Assembly: GCA_964373805.1 (NCBI GenBank)
Contig: CAYJWF010000004.1
Location: 1,891-65,890, forward strand
Direction: 5' to 3'
DNA length: 64,000 nucleotides
Source of the DNA: an uncultured Planctomycetia bacterium
GTDB taxonomy: Bacteria; Omnitrophota; Gorgyraeia; 1-14-0-20-64-10
The position numbers were made by a program, and so were the translations under genes. This document shows positions 51,363 through 60,407 of the stretch, in pieces (position 1 is the first letter of the stretch; each line of letters begins with the position of its first letter). The notes beneath the pieces are model-generated. The model was not told where the DNA came from. It saw only the letters and a program-made list of their open reading frames with translations, and made no database searches.

Positions 51363-51738
51363 TTATCGGCTCAAGATCTTCCTCGTAGACGACGAAGCGG
51401 AATCCCGAGGGGCCCTGGCGCGAGCGCTTCTGGCCAAGGGATACGAGGTGGCCGAGGCGGCCTCGGGTCTGGAGGCCGTGGCCCGGGCCAAAGAGGAATG
51501 GCCGGCCCTCATCATCCTCGACATCGTCCTGCCGGACATCCCGGGCACCGAGGTGCTGGAACGGCTTCGGGCCGACCCGCTCACCAAGGCGATCCCGGTC
51601 CTTTTGGTCACGGCCAAACCGGAGATCGTCCGAAAGCAGATGCCTCAATTCACCTTGACGTCGGACCGCTACGTGGAGAAGCCGGGTCGGATCGATGAGC
51701 TTCTGAAGACCGTTCAGGAGATGTTGGGCGGCCGTTAA
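51355..51738 (+). CDS. single-domain response regulator (CheY-like receiver), tandem paralog
   Basis: MPDYRLKIFLVDDE... receiver domain; start overlaps the upstream stop (ATGCCTGA). Confidence 0.8.
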   Translation: MPDYRLKIFLVDDEAESRGALARALLAKGYEVAEAASGLEAVARAKEEWPALIILDIVLPDIPGTEVLERLRADPLTKAIPVLLVTAKPEIVRKQMPQFTLTSDRYVEKPGRIDELLKTVQEMLGGR

Positions 51739-52286
51739 TAGTCGATTCCGAGCTGGGCGGGGATTCCTCGCTTCATGGGATGCTTGATCTCGTGCATCTC
51801 GGTCACCAAATCGGCCAGATCCACCACCTTGGGATGGGCGTTGCGGCCGGTTAGGATGAGGTGCAATTCTGGCGGCTTGGTTTTCAAAAGCTCCAGAACG
51901 TCCTCCAACTCGATCAGCTTAAAGTCGAGATACCCCAACGCGTAGTTGATCTCATCTAAGATGACCACATCGTATTGACCGGAAAAGACCCGCTCCCTGG
52001 TCAGTTGAAACGCCGCCTGGGCGGCCTGGAGGTGCTCCTCAAACGGTTTCTTATCCCCCATGATCTTGACAAAGCCACGGCCCAGTTGGAGAACCTCGAA
52101 TTGGGGATGGAGCCGCTTGGCCATCTCCAACTCTCCGTAAACGACCGGCCAGTCCCCCTTGAAGAATTGGATCATCAACACCCGCAACCCGTGCCCCAAG
52201 GCCCGCAAGGCCGCCCCTAAGGCGGCCGAGGTTTTCCCCTTGGCATCCCCGGTGTAAACGATGATGAGGCCCTTACGCTTCGGCAT
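51735..52286 (-). CDS. cobO: cob(I)yrinic acid a,c-diamide adenosyltransferase (CobO/BtuR-type ATP:corrinoid adenosyltransferase)
   Basis: IIVYTGDAKGKTSAALGAALRALGHGLRVLMIQFFKG P-loop region typical of CobA/CobO; 183 aa. Confidence 0.8.
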   Translation of the reverse strand: MPKRKGLIIVYTGDAKGKTSAALGAALRALGHGLRVLMIQFFKGDWPVVYGELEMAKRLHPQFEVLQLGRGFVKIMGDKKPFEEHLQAAQAAFQLTRERVFSGQYDVVILDEINYALGYLDFKLIELEDVLELLKTKPPELHLILTGRNAHPKVVDLADLVTEMHEIKHPMKRGIPAQLGIDY

Positions 52287-53235
52287 ACAGCCCCAACTTT
52301 CGGAATTTCGCGTAGCGGGCTTCCAACAGCTCCTGGGCAGAGCTTTCTTTTAACTCTTCAAGATGCCTCTTCACCACCGCCTTGAGATTCGCCGCCGCGC
52401 CATCGAGATCCCAATGGGCGCCCCCCAACGGCTCGGGGATGATTTCGTCGATCAGCCCCATCTCCAGAAGATCCTTGGCCGTCAACTTCAAGGAGGCCGC
52501 CGCCTCAGGCGCCTTGGCCCGGTCCTTCCAAAGGATCGCGGCACACCCTTCCGGAGAGATCACCGAATAGTAGGCATTCTCCATAACCAGGATCCGATCC
52601 CCCACCCCGATCCCGAGCGCACCGCCGGATCCCCCTTCTCCGATCACCGTCACCACAATGGGAACTGAAAGCTTCGCCATCTGCCGAAGGTTGTAGGCGA
52701 TCGCCTGGGCCTGGCCACGTTCCTCGGCCCCAATCCCGGGATAGGCCCCGGGGGTATCGACCAGGCTCACAATCGGCCGATGAAACTTGGCCGCGAGCGT
52801 CATGAGCCGAATCGCCTTGCGATATCCCTCCGGATGGGCGGAACCGAAGTTCCGGTAGAGGTTCTCCTTGGTATCCCTTCCCTTCTGATGCCCCACGATG
52901 AGGAGTTTAATCCCATCGAGTTGGGCAAATCCTCCGATCAGGGCCTTATCATCGGAGAAGGCGCGATCCCCGTGGAGCTCAACGAAATCGGTCATCAGTT
53001 TCGCCACGTAGTCCAGCGTGTAGGGACGCTTGGGGTGACGGGCGAGCTGCACCCGCTGCCACGGGGTCAAGTGCTCGTACACCTGTTTCTTGGCCTGAAC
53101 CAGCTTCTCCTCTAATCGCTTGATCTCGCTGTCTAAGTTAATCGATCCAGAAGCCGGCAGGCTCTTTAATTCCTGGACCTTCCCTTCCAGCTCGAGGATG
53201 GGTCGCTCAAAATCGAGGGTAAAGCCGTTGGCCAT
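52273..53235 (-). CDS. accA: acetyl-CoA carboxylase carboxyltransferase alpha subunit
   Basis: Conserved AccA core (RPIVSLVDTPGAYPGIGAEERGQ); 320 aa. Confidence 0.9.
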   Translation of the reverse strand: MANGFTLDFERPILELEGKVQELKSLPASGSINLDSEIKRLEEKLVQAKKQVYEHLTPWQRVQLARHPKRPYTLDYVAKLMTDFVELHGDRAFSDDKALIGGFAQLDGIKLLIVGHQKGRDTKENLYRNFGSAHPEGYRKAIRLMTLAAKFHRPIVSLVDTPGAYPGIGAEERGQAQAIAYNLRQMAKLSVPIVVTVIGEGGSGGALGIGVGDRILVMENAYYSVISPEGCAAILWKDRAKAPEAAASLKLTAKDLLEMGLIDEIIPEPLGGAHWDLDGAAANLKAVVKRHLEELKESSAQELLEARYAKFRKLGLYAEA

Positions 53236-53246
53236 GGGGATGCCGA

Positions 53247-54137
53247 TTACTCGACGATGGTAACCGGGGTCCCTTCCGGTAGAAGGATGAACAGCTCCTC
53301 GACCTCGGCGTTATTCAATCGAACGCACCCTTGGGTGACCTGCCTTCCGATCGAGGCCGGATCGGTGGTCCCGTGGATGCCATAGCTGGCGAGATCGAAC
53401 CCCAGCCAGCGGCTGCCTAAGATGTTTCGAGGATCTCCGGGAGGAATCACCCCGTCGGGGGTAAACCAGGGAGGGTCGACGATCCGATTGACGATTTTAA
53501 AGGATCCACTGGGGGTCATTCCTCCTTGCCCCGTGGAGCATCGGTATACCTTGACCACCTCTTCGCCCTGCTTTAAAGTCAAGGTGTTCTGCGATTTGTC
53601 CACGATTACGCTAAAGTCGGCTTTCATCGCCTTCAAGCGTTGCCCCACCCGGATCCGATCGCTTTTCAAGCCGTTGGCGGCTTTCAATAACTCGACGGTC
53701 GTGCGGTGCTGCTTCGCGATCTTGGAAAGGGTATCCCCCGGTTCCACAACGTGGGTCACGGCCTCCGGCGTCAAGATGGGGGAGAGAATCAGTTCAACGC
53801 TCACCTGGCCGAGACGCTGCCCAACGGTGTTGGCCATAGCCGTTGGGGGAGCCTGCTGGAGAATTTCTTGGTAGAGGCGCTTGGCCTCTAGGAGGGAACC
53901 TTGGACCCGAGCATTCTCCGCTTTCGCGAGAAGGGCCTTAACGTGGGCGAGGTCCGGCGGCCCCTCGCTGGAAACCTCTGCCTTCGGCGGCGTGACGTAG
54001 ACCTCCGGCCTAGGCACGCCGTTGGGGGAACGTTTGAGGACCATCCCCACGATTCCCACGAGAAGGATCCCGATCCCCACCGCTAAGAACCCCCAACGTT
54101 TCCTCAATGCCGATAGATCCCCAGAGCCACCAAACAT
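53247..54137 (-). CDS. L,D-transpeptidase with LysM domain
   Basis: LysM (VEPGDTLSKIAKQHRTTVELLKAANGL) plus YkuD catalytic domain (...HGTTDPASIGRQVTQGCVRL). Confidence 0.75.
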   Translation of the reverse strand: MFGGSGDLSALRKRWGFLAVGIGILLVGIVGMVLKRSPNGVPRPEVYVTPPKAEVSSEGPPDLAHVKALLAKAENARVQGSLLEAKRLYQEILQQAPPTAMANTVGQRLGQVSVELILSPILTPEAVTHVVEPGDTLSKIAKQHRTTVELLKAANGLKSDRIRVGQRLKAMKADFSVIVDKSQNTLTLKQGEEVVKVYRCSTGQGGMTPSGSFKIVNRIVDPPWFTPDGVIPPGDPRNILGSRWLGFDLASYGIHGTTDPASIGRQVTQGCVRLNNAEVEELFILLPEGTPVTIVE

Positions 54138-54634
54138 CCGACCGCCGCCCCCACGAAAACCTCGAAGGGGGTGTGTCCTATCAGTTCCTTCAGCCGCTCT
54201 TCGCTCACCTGGCCGCTTAAGTAAACCTCATCGATCATCTTGTTTAACACGACCGCCTGCCGTCCGGCTGCCCGGCGAACCCCTTGGGCATCGAACATCG
54301 TCACCAAGGCGAACATCGCCGCCACCGCGAAGCCGGCCGCCTGAAAGCCGTTTTCCAACCCGACTCCCGTGGCGAGAGCGGCCACTCCCGCCGAGTGGGC
54401 GGAGGGCATCCCGCCGGTTCCTAAAAACCAGCGGACATCGAACCGCCGTTGCTGACGCACTAAAAGGAAAACCTTCAAGGTCTGCGCGATGACCCACGCC
54501 ACCAACGTACAGAGGAGAACCTGGTTCTGGAACAACTGCCCCAGACGGGTCACGGTTCGACTCCCTCCGATCGCTCGCCATGATCCTGAGCGAGTGAAAC
54601 GAGTCGAAGGATCATGCCGACTATTGTACCTCAA
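54104..54634 (-). CDS. divergent PAP2-family membrane protein (DUF212/YuiD-like)
   Basis: Multi-TM protein with FQNQVLLCTLVAWVIAQTLKV... and GGMPSAHSA motif; the real start is probably a non-ATG codon near 54550. Confidence 0.55.
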   Translation of the reverse strand: MRYNSRHDPSTRFTRSGSWRAIGGSRTVTRLGQLFQNQVLLCTLVAWVIAQTLKVFLLVRQQRRFDVRWFLGTGGMPSAHSAGVAALATGVGLENGFQAAGFAVAAMFALVTMFDAQGVRRAAGRQAVVLNKMIDEVYLSGQVSEERLKELIGHTPFEVFVGAAVGCLVALGIYRH

Positions 54635-54646
54635 CCGAGGGTGGGG

Positions 54647-55207
54647 TCAAAATCGGGCGGTGATCTCTTCTAGGGATTGTCGGAAGCGGCGGTTATCGAC
54701 CACCGGCTCGGCCCCTTCCACGGGAATCGCTTCGGTGAGGGGAACCCACGATTTGCAGCCGGCGTATTCCGGTTTCGCAGGATGCCGAATCGGCTTCGGC
54801 AATCGGTACGCCCTGAGCACCGCCACCCAGGTGGGAGCTTGCGGTCGGTACTGCATCCTTTCCTTAAAGAACTCCGGGGTCCAGATGTGGTACCTCTCCA
54901 ACCCGCCGAGCTGCTCCGGATCCCGGATCTGGCCGCAAAAGGCTATTCCCCCATAGACCTTAAAATCGATGCCGGCCGGATCACTCGTCAAAGGGCTCCC
55001 TTGGCAGAAATGCTGGCGAAACTCGGGACGTACCTGAGACTCCTTCTGGTGCTCTTGCGTGGGGTACAGGAGAAACTCCCGATGCTGCAGGGAAAAGGCC
55101 CCTTTCGGATCCCGAATCCCCCCTTTTCGGACCAGGATCAGCTGTTGGCCAGTACCCAAGGCCTCCACCACCACGGCCCATTCTTTGAGAGCAACGGATG
55201 AGGTCAC
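54647..55207 (-). CDS. DUF1802-family protein
   Basis: N-terminal ALKEWAVVVEALGTGQQLILVRKGG signature of DUF1802. Confidence 0.5.
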   Translation of the reverse strand: MTSSVALKEWAVVVEALGTGQQLILVRKGGIRDPKGAFSLQHREFLLYPTQEHQKESQVRPEFRQHFCQGSPLTSDPAGIDFKVYGGIAFCGQIRDPEQLGGLERYHIWTPEFFKERMQYRPQAPTWVAVLRAYRLPKPIRHPAKPEYAGCKSWVPLTEAIPVEGAEPVVDNRRFRQSLEEITARF

Positions 55208-55811
55208 CCCGCCCCTCCAGATCTACGACCCCACACCCAGGTAACTGGGTGTGGGGTCACTGTGCCGAGCAGTAGCTCGGCACAGGCGCCGTCTGGGCTC
55301 ACCTTCTTCTGCGCCGTCTGACGGCGCAAGAACTGGAGGGGCGGGGTCATCACGTAAAATTTATTATATCACAGCCTACAATTTTCCTTGACAAGCTACA
55401 GCCGGTTGCGGTAGAAGGACAGGTGCCCTCAAGATCTTGTGGGTCGCCGTGCGACGAAGAAGGGTCGCTGTCCGACGAATAAGGAGGACACGGTGAGCGA
55501 CGCCGCCGAGATGTGAGGCGGCCGGACGCAGACGTATGGCGACGCCGGCCTAGAAGGTGAGCCGGCTGGGGGGAGAGGGTTTTAAGCCGAGAGGCCCTCA
55601 TCCGTCTGCTGTAGCAGGCCGAAGAGGTCCCCACGGGCTTTGAAACAAATGGACTCATTCCTCTTGCTCCCCTGAGGAAGACCTTCCTCCCTAAAACACA
55701 AGATCCTGCAAAGGGCATTTCGAGGAAAACCTAAGACGGCGATCACAGGCGTGGGGTGAAGGGGTTTCTTTCCCTTGGGTCCCACGCCTCCCAAGAAGAG
55801 GAGTCTCATCG

Positions 55812-58646
55812 ATGATGAAGGAATCCCAGCCGGTTGCCGTAATCCCTGGTTCTGCCGTAGAGAAAACACCCTTTGCCCCTTCCTCGGCCCCCTCCACGGC
55901 AGGGTTAAAGATCTCCCGTTACTTCACCGCGCCGGGATCGGATCCGTTTCGGGAGGTGACCTGGGAGTTCCGGACCGCCTCTATCGCCAACGAAAACGGA
56001 GAGTCGGTCTTTGAGCAATCTCAGGTGGAGGTTCCCAACTTCTGGTCGCAGACCGCCACCAACGTCGTCGCTTCCAAATATTTTCGCGGGGCCTTGCGCA
56101 CCCCTCAACGAGAGACCTCCGTCAAGCAGTTGATCGGCCGCGTGGTCGACACGATCACGAGCTGGGGAATCCAGGACGGTTACTTCGCGGGATCCGAAGA
56201 GGCTCAAAATTTCCACGCGGAGCTGACCCACCTTCTCCTCATGCAGAAGGCCTCCTTTAATTCCCCGGTCTGGTTCAATGTCGGAATTGAGCCTCATCCT
56301 CAGTCCTCGGCTTGCTTCATCCTATCCGTAGAGGACACGATGGAGTCGATCCTCGACTGGTACAAGGTCGAGGGGATGATCTTCAAATACGGTTCCGGCT
56401 CGGGGGTGAACCTATCTCCGATCCGCTCCTCCTCTGAGTCGCTGGCCGGCGGTGGGACCGCCTCCGGACCGGTTTCCTTCATGCGGGCCGCCGATGCCTC
56501 GGCCGGGGTGATCAAGTCCGGCGGAAAAACTCGCAGGGCCGCAAAAATGATCGTCTTGAACGCCGACCATCCCGACATCGAAAAGTTCATCGCCTGCAAG
56601 TGGCAGGAGGAGAAGAAGGCCCGGACTTTGGTGGACGCCGGCTTCGACGCCTCCCTCGATGGAGAGGCCTACTCGAGCGTTTTCTTCCAGAACGCCAACA
56701 ACTCGGTCCGGGCGACCGATGAATTCATGCGGGCTGCCCTCGAGGATAAGCCGTGGGATTTAAAGGGGGTGACCACGGGCAAGGTGATGAAGACGGTGAA
56801 GGCCCGAGAGCTTCTGCGCATGATCGCGGAGGCCACCTGGCACTGCGGCGATCCGGGCATGCAGTTCGATACCACGTTCAACAAATGGCACACCTGCCCT
56901 AACTCCGGACGGATCAATGCAACAAACCCCTGTTCAGAATACGCCCATTTGGACAACAGCGCCTGCAATCTGGCCAGTCTTAACCTTATGAAGTTTGTCG
57001 ATGACGAGGGCCGATTTCGAATCGCCGATTTCCGCAACGCGGTCCGGACCATGACCATCGCCATGGACATCCTCGTGGACAACTCCTCGTATCCGACCCC
57101 GAAGATTACCGAGAATGCGAAAAATTTCCGAGAACTGGGGTTAGGGTATGCCAACCTCGGGGCGCTCCTCATGTCGCTGGGCCTGCCGTACGATTCCGAT
57201 GGAGGCCGAGCCTATGCGGCCACGGTGACCGCGCTCATGTGTGGGGAGGCGTATCGAACCTCCGCCGAGATCGCCGGAGCGAAAGGCCCTTACGGGGGGT
57301 TTACCAAGAATCGGGAGCCGCAGCTGAACGTGATCCGGATGCATCGGGACGCCTTGATCCACGTGGACGACCGTCTCGTTCCGAAGGAGTTGTTCGCCGC
57401 GGCCGCCCACGCCTGGGAGGAGGCCCTCCGATTGGGAACGGCCAACGGGGTACGTAACTCCCAGATGAGTGTGGTCGCCCCGACGGGGACTATAGGATTC
57501 ATGATGGATTGCGACACGACCGGGGTGGAGCCGGATATCGCGCTGATCAAGTACAAGAAGTTGGTGGGAGGGGGATTGATCAAGATCGTCAACCAGACGG
57601 TTCCCCACGCCTTGAAACGGTTGGGGTACTCCGAGGCAGACGCCCGGGTGATCCTGGAGTATCTGGATCGGCAGGAGACGATCGAAGGAACCCCCGCTCT
57701 AAATCCAAAAGATCTGCCGGTTTTTGACTGCGCCTTCAAACCGGCCAAGGGAACCCGCTCGATCCATTACCTGGGGCATGTCCGGATGATGGGGGTGGTG
57801 CAGCCTTTCATCAGCGGGGCCATCTCGAAGACCGTGAATGTTCCGGCGGAGGCGACCACCGAGGATATCCTGGAAACCTATCTCGAGGCCTGGAAGGCCG
57901 GGGTCAAGGCGATTGCCATCTACCGGGACGGTTCCAAGCGGGTTCAGCCTCTCTCGACAGGAAAATTCGGTGAAGGCAAGCAAGGGGCCGCCGTCCATTC
58001 CACGAAGAATGGAGAGCCTCTCACAGAAATTCCTTCCGCCGATGGCGCCAAGCACCGCCCCCAGCGGCGCTACCTACCCGACGAACGGCACGCGATCACC
58101 CACAAGTTTTCCATCGCCGGCCACGATGGGTACGTCACCGTCGGGCTCTACGAGGACGGAAAACCGGGGGAGATTTTCATCGTCATGTCCAAGGAGGGGA
58201 CCGTGATCTCCGGTTTGCTGGATGCCTTCGCCACCGCCATCTCCCTGGCCCTTCAATACGGCGTGCCGCTGGAGGCATTGGTCAAGAAGTTCAGCCACAT
58301 GCGGTTTGAGCCGGCAGGGGTCACCTCGAATCCGCAGATTCGGTTCGCCCAATCGATCCTCGATTACGTCTTCCGCTGGATGGCGCTCAAGTTCCTGCCA
58401 GCGGATAAGCAGCCGACTCCACCCGCCACCGTGACCGACCTGGCCGCTAAGCAGGCCGACATCACTCTGCCTTCTTCCACCGTAGGGACCACCTCGAGCC
58501 TCGAGCCGGTTCGACAAACGGAGGTCACCCAACTCTTTCAAGGCCAGGTGGATGCCCCACCCTGCCCGGACTGCGGGGCGATGATGATCCGCTCCGGCAA
58601 CTGCTACAAGTGCTTTAACTGCGGCGCCACCTCTGGCTGCTCTTAA
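55812..58646 (+). CDS. nrdJ: adenosylcobalamin-dependent ribonucleoside-diphosphate reductase (class II, NrdJ)
   Basis: Class II RNR catalytic core (...NPCSEYAHLDNSACNLASLNL..., SVVAPTGTIGF) and a C-terminal Cys-rich zinc ribbon; AGAGGAG Shine-Dalgarno; 944 aa. Confidence 0.9.
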   Translation: MMKESQPVAVIPGSAVEKTPFAPSSAPSTAGLKISRYFTAPGSDPFREVTWEFRTASIANENGESVFEQSQVEVPNFWSQTATNVVASKYFRGALRTPQRETSVKQLIGRVVDTITSWGIQDGYFAGSEEAQNFHAELTHLLLMQKASFNSPVWFNVGIEPHPQSSACFILSVEDTMESILDWYKVEGMIFKYGSGSGVNLSPIRSSSESLAGGGTASGPVSFMRAADASAGVIKSGGKTRRAAKMIVLNADHPDIEKFIACKWQEEKKARTLVDAGFDASLDGEAYSSVFFQNANNSVRATDEFMRAALEDKPWDLKGVTTGKVMKTVKARELLRMIAEATWHCGDPGMQFDTTFNKWHTCPNSGRINATNPCSEYAHLDNSACNLASLNLMKFVDDEGRFRIADFRNAVRTMTIAMDILVDNSSYPTPKITENAKNFRELGLGYANLGALLMSLGLPYDSDGGRAYAATVTALMCGEAYRTSAEIAGAKGPYGGFTKNREPQLNVIRMHRDALIHVDDRLVPKELFAAAAHAWEEALRLGTANGVRNSQMSVVAPTGTIGFMMDCDTTGVEPDIALIKYKKLVGGGLIKIVNQTVPHALKRLGYSEADARVILEYLDRQETIEGTPALNPKDLPVFDCAFKPAKGTRSIHYLGHVRMMGVVQPFISGAISKTVNVPAEATTEDILETYLEAWKAGVKAIAIYRDGSKRVQPLSTGKFGEGKQGAAVHSTKNGEPLTEIPSADGAKHRPQRRYLPDERHAITHKFSIAGHDGYVTVGLYEDGKPGEIFIVMSKEGTVISGLLDAFATAISLALQYGVPLEALVKKFSHMRFEPAGVTSNPQIRFAQSILDYVFRWMALKFLPADKQPTPPATVTDLAAKQADITLPSSTVGTTSSLEPVRQTEVTQLFQGQVDAPPCPDCGAMMIRSGNCYKCFNCGATSGCS

Positions 58647-58674
58647 GGGGTGAGATTCCTCGAGGTCATTCCTC

Positions 58675-58692
58675 GGGGTCTGACCCCATCAG
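58675..58692. repeat. P1 palindrome, intergenic (after nrdJ)
   Basis: CTCGGGGTCTGACCCCATCAG. Confidence 0.8.
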
Positions 58693-59276
58693 AATTTTTC
58701 GCACCGTTTTAAGATCGCCCGAAAGTTCCTCTTCAAGCTCGAGCGCTCCAGTTCTTGGAAAACCCACTCGGGAATCCAGAAGTTCGGTTCGACGGTCGTT
58801 TCGTACGTGATTCGGGTTTCCCCTTCGACCGATTCCAAATACCAGTAGCCCTGATTCCATACAAAATCCCCCTCGACCGCCTTAAAGAGAAGCTGGGTGT
58901 TGGAAATTTCTTGAACCTGGAAAACCGTTCGGATCACTCTTCGATAAAACGGCAAGCGGACTCTTGCCTCCTGATAGAGCACTAAGCGATCCCCTTTTCG
59001 CTCAAGGACTTTGGAGATCTTAAGATCCGGGATAAATTCGGCTAGGTGGTCGTAATCGGTCAAAACAGCCCAAACCTTTTCCTTTGGGACAGCAACGACC
59101 ACCCGGGCTAAGACGTAGGTTCGACGGGGGGCTAGACGCTCTACGGTAACGGTAAGGGAATAGGGCCCTATTTCGGTAACGCGGGTTTCCTCGGCAAGAA
59201 GGAAAGAGGCGCTCCCCACGAGAGAGCTTAACGCCAGCAGTAAGGTTACACCACCCATGCAAGTTGACCCGTTCAC
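58689..59276 (-). CDS. secreted SRPBCC (START/Bet v1-like) family protein
   Basis: Signal peptide then polyketide-cyclase/dehydrase-like fold pattern (~150 aa). Confidence 0.45.
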   Translation of the reverse strand: MNGSTCMGGVTLLLALSSLVGSASFLLAEETRVTEIGPYSLTVTVERLAPRRTYVLARVVVAVPKEKVWAVLTDYDHLAEFIPDLKISKVLERKGDRLVLYQEARVRLPFYRRVIRTVFQVQEISNTQLLFKAVEGDFVWNQGYWYLESVEGETRITYETTVEPNFWIPEWVFQELERSSLKRNFRAILKRCEKF

Positions 59277-59345
59277 CCTTCGACAGGCTCAGGGTGAACG
59301 GCAATGTTCGTGCTTCGACAAGCTCAGCACGAACGGTTTTGCACG
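59269..59345. repeat. R3 nested-hairpin repeat, two tandem units
   Basis: CCGTTCACCC-TTCGACAGGCTCAG-GGTGAACGG then GTTCGTGC-TTCGACAAGCTCA-GCACGAAC. Confidence 0.7.
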
Positions 59346-59360
59346 ACTCGTGAGGTTATT

Positions 59361-59528
59361 TTAAAGTGACTGCTGAAGGAATGTATTCGTTCGAGAGATC
59401 TCTTCAAGCCGCTCGCTGATCGAGATCTCCTCTATCGGAGTCCCTTGAAGCGGCGCAAGACCGCTCTCCACGACGAAGCCACTGAGAAGCCCCATCCCCA
59501 TCCAGATCACAGCCCAAACAGAAGCCAT
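59361..59528 (-). CDS. small membrane protein (55 aa), not in ORF track
   Basis: ATG preceded by AAGGAGG at -7; encodes MASVWAVIWMGMGLLSGFVVESGLAPLQG...; coordinates +/-2. Confidence 0.3.
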   Translation of the reverse strand: MASVWAVIWMGMGLLSGFVVESGLAPLQGTPIEEISISERLEEISRTNTFLQQSL

Positions 59529-59664
59529 CTCGATCCCTCCTTCAAGTTTAGGAGGAGACGCTTAAGTCCGCCACAAGAGGTGGCGGACCATTTGCCTTGA
59601 AAGCGGCCCGGGAAGCCCCGTCGGTTCCCCTACGATAAAGGAAACTTTAAAAAAAAGCAACTCC

Positions 59665-60027
59665 TTATTCTTCTGGGCCGAATAAGGGAGATCGCTCCGT
59701 AGAGACCTCGACGAAACGATTGGGAAGATCCTGGTCGTTGTACCGATGAAGCTCGCGGCGAAGCCCTTCCAAAGAAACTTCCTCGGATCCTTCCAAAGTG
59801 GTGAGTTCACTTTCCGGTGGATTCTCCCCCGCAGGGACGATGGCCCTGAAGGGGGCTGACACTCCCTCTAGGACAAACCCCAAGAAAGGAACCGCTAGCC
59901 CTCTCGCAGGAACTTCCATGGGAGGCGCCGCCGTTGGAGTTTCTGCCCATCCGAAAGAAACCAGCCCCGGTAAGCTCAGCACGCTTACCAAGATACTTAA
60001 AACAGCTAAGACCCTCGGCCTTATCAT
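59665..60027 (-). CDS. small secreted hypothetical protein (about 120 aa)
   Basis: Internal Met MIRPRVLAVLSILVSVLSLPGLVSFGWA (signal peptide) preceded by GGGGAGG; the longer tracked ORF reads through repeat R2 copy E and is rejected. Confidence 0.35.
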   Translation of the reverse strand: MIRPRVLAVLSILVSVLSLPGLVSFGWAETPTAAPPMEVPARGLAVPFLGFVLEGVSAPFRAIVPAGENPPESELTTLEGSEEVSLEGLRRELHRYNDQDLPNRFVEVSTERSPLFGPEE

Positions 60028-60104
60028 GTGTTCTTCCTCCCCATGTTTTAGGCGCGAGGGCCTTGGATCTTTCTTGCTACGTCGACTACCGACCTGGCAA
60101 CTGG

Positions 60105-60160
60105 CTATCCCCCACGTTTTGTTTCGCTTCGCGAACCAAAACGAAACTTGGGGGACCCTT
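60105..60160. repeat. R2 hairpin repeat copy E
   Basis: CCCCCACGTTTTGTTTCGCTTCGCGAACCAAAACGAAACTTGGGGGACCC. Confidence 0.7.
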
Positions 60161-60407
60161 TTAGCTTTGCCCCCCCATGCTTTCTTCGAAAGCAGGACTG
60201 GGGGGCCCCGCCATTGCGGGGGACCCCGGATTACTCCGGCCACCACTGGTACGTCGGTGGCCGTTCGCCGAATCTTTCGTGGCGAACGGGTGTGCCTTGA
60301 GACAGGTCCTCGCAACCTTTCCAGTTCACCCTCACCATCAAGTATGGCAGGTCCCGGGACAAAAAGGTAGAGCAAGTCTCAAATGGTCAAAAGGGGAAAG
60401 GTGAAAA

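Noticed and set aside
55380-55800. Cobalamin riboswitch in the nrdJ leader
   Set aside because: No B12-box (GCCACUG) or AGYCMGGAAGRCC core found by eye; class II RNRs are usually not B12-riboswitch controlled; left as an unconfirmed long leader.
59020-59304. ORF 59020..59304 (MPFTLSLSKGERVN...) and similar LSLSKGE frames at 17105..17668 and 31892..32296
   Set aside because: These are translations of the R3 structured repeat; there is no start-codon or RBS context, and 31892..32296 overlaps the well-supported B2 gene.
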